Of a DNA stretch of 50,898 bases, positions 50,250 through 50,898 are shown piece by piece. A program made the position numbers and the translations under genes. Every line of letters begins with the position of its first letter. Positions within the stretch are counted from its first letter, which is position 1. The notes beneath the pieces are model-generated. The model searched no databases. It saw nothing but the letters and a program-made list of their open reading frames with translations, and was not told where the DNA came from. Origin of the DNA: Tubiluchus corallicola (taxonomy: Eukaryota > Animalia > Priapulida); contig JAQGDQ010000955.1 in the NCBI GenBank assembly GCA_030141605.1, positions 25,817 to 76,714 of the forward strand, read 5' to 3'.

Positions 50250-50730
50250 TATGATGTTATTTCAGGCAAGAAAGTCCATATAAAAAATAAAATCATGAAC
50301 CCGTGAAATTAAAATAGCCTTAACTAAAATCTAATTACTAAAAATAAAGTTTAAATTAATTACAGACAAACACATGTATACAAGCAAACGATTATAGGAA
50401 TATAATTACGTTTACACGGTTATCACTTAAATACACAATACATTAATACACAATCAATAAACATATTATTTAAAATTCATAAATTCAAGTAGTAAAATCG
50501 TTAGGTCTACGGAACATAAGTGACCTGCATTTCGCACGCCAAATACAATGAATATAAGCGTCACTCTGTAAAATAGATTTAATGTATAAATTAGAAGTAT
50601 TAAAAAGTCTATTTCTAAAAGAAAATAGAAACTTGCGCATAAGTACGTTAAAATGTGGGATGCCTAAATATGCTGTCATTTCACGTGCACTGCAATCATG
50701 AGGAAGCGAAAAGAGTTTGAACAGGATTCA
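50250..50730 (-). mobile_element. LINE 3' remnant (L2/CR1-group-like ORF2 C-terminus) in the Ly6 intron
   Basis: LFKLFSLPHDCSAREMTAYLGIPHFNVLMRKFLFSFRNRLFNTSN resembles LINE ORF2 ends; followed by atggac...gcctgaaataa and an (AATC/AGTC)n tail at 50105-50250. Confidence 0.6.
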
Positions 50731-50898
50731 CAACAAACAAGAACCAATTTTAGGTTTTCGTAAGGAAAATGGGGCGGGCGAGGAAATGGGTAATCGCCCT
50801 CCCCTGGAAAGGAAAGTATTATATTGGAGTGCCGTCTGCTCATAACGGCCCACGGCCCACACCGTGCGGTATGTCTTAATTATGTCATTCAACGCCTC

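Overview
AT-rich, repeat-dense animal (eukaryotic) DNA. The 5S-derived sequence looks lophotrochozoan (annelid/mollusc-like); this assignment is tentative. Bases 1-8848 are a near-complete Ty3/Gypsy LTR retrotransposon on the minus strand: ~1.18-kb LTRs, tRNA-Leu PBS, PPT, and one intact gag-pol ORF with the Gmr1-type order PR-IN-RT-RH and a SCAN-like capsid. It appears to interrupt a spliced exon chain of an unknown gene. Two host genes can be built by hand from exons: a secreted Spaetzle/neurotrophin-like cystine-knot protein (37665-39374, +, apparent 1-nt frame defect) and the last two coding exons of a GPI-anchored Ly6/quiver-like protein (47875-50056, -). The rest is non-autonomous elements: four 5S-rRNA-headed SINEs with an RTE-like body and tail, four copies of a ~150-nt multi-hairpin (GAT)n-tailed retroposon, two solo LTRs with 5-bp TSDs, TcMar-, piggyBac-, hAT-, MULE- and Kolobok-like MITEs or ends, LINE 3' remnants, four minisatellites and many microsatellites. 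No prokaryotic features or CRISPR arrays. Family names come from motif recognition, not database searches.
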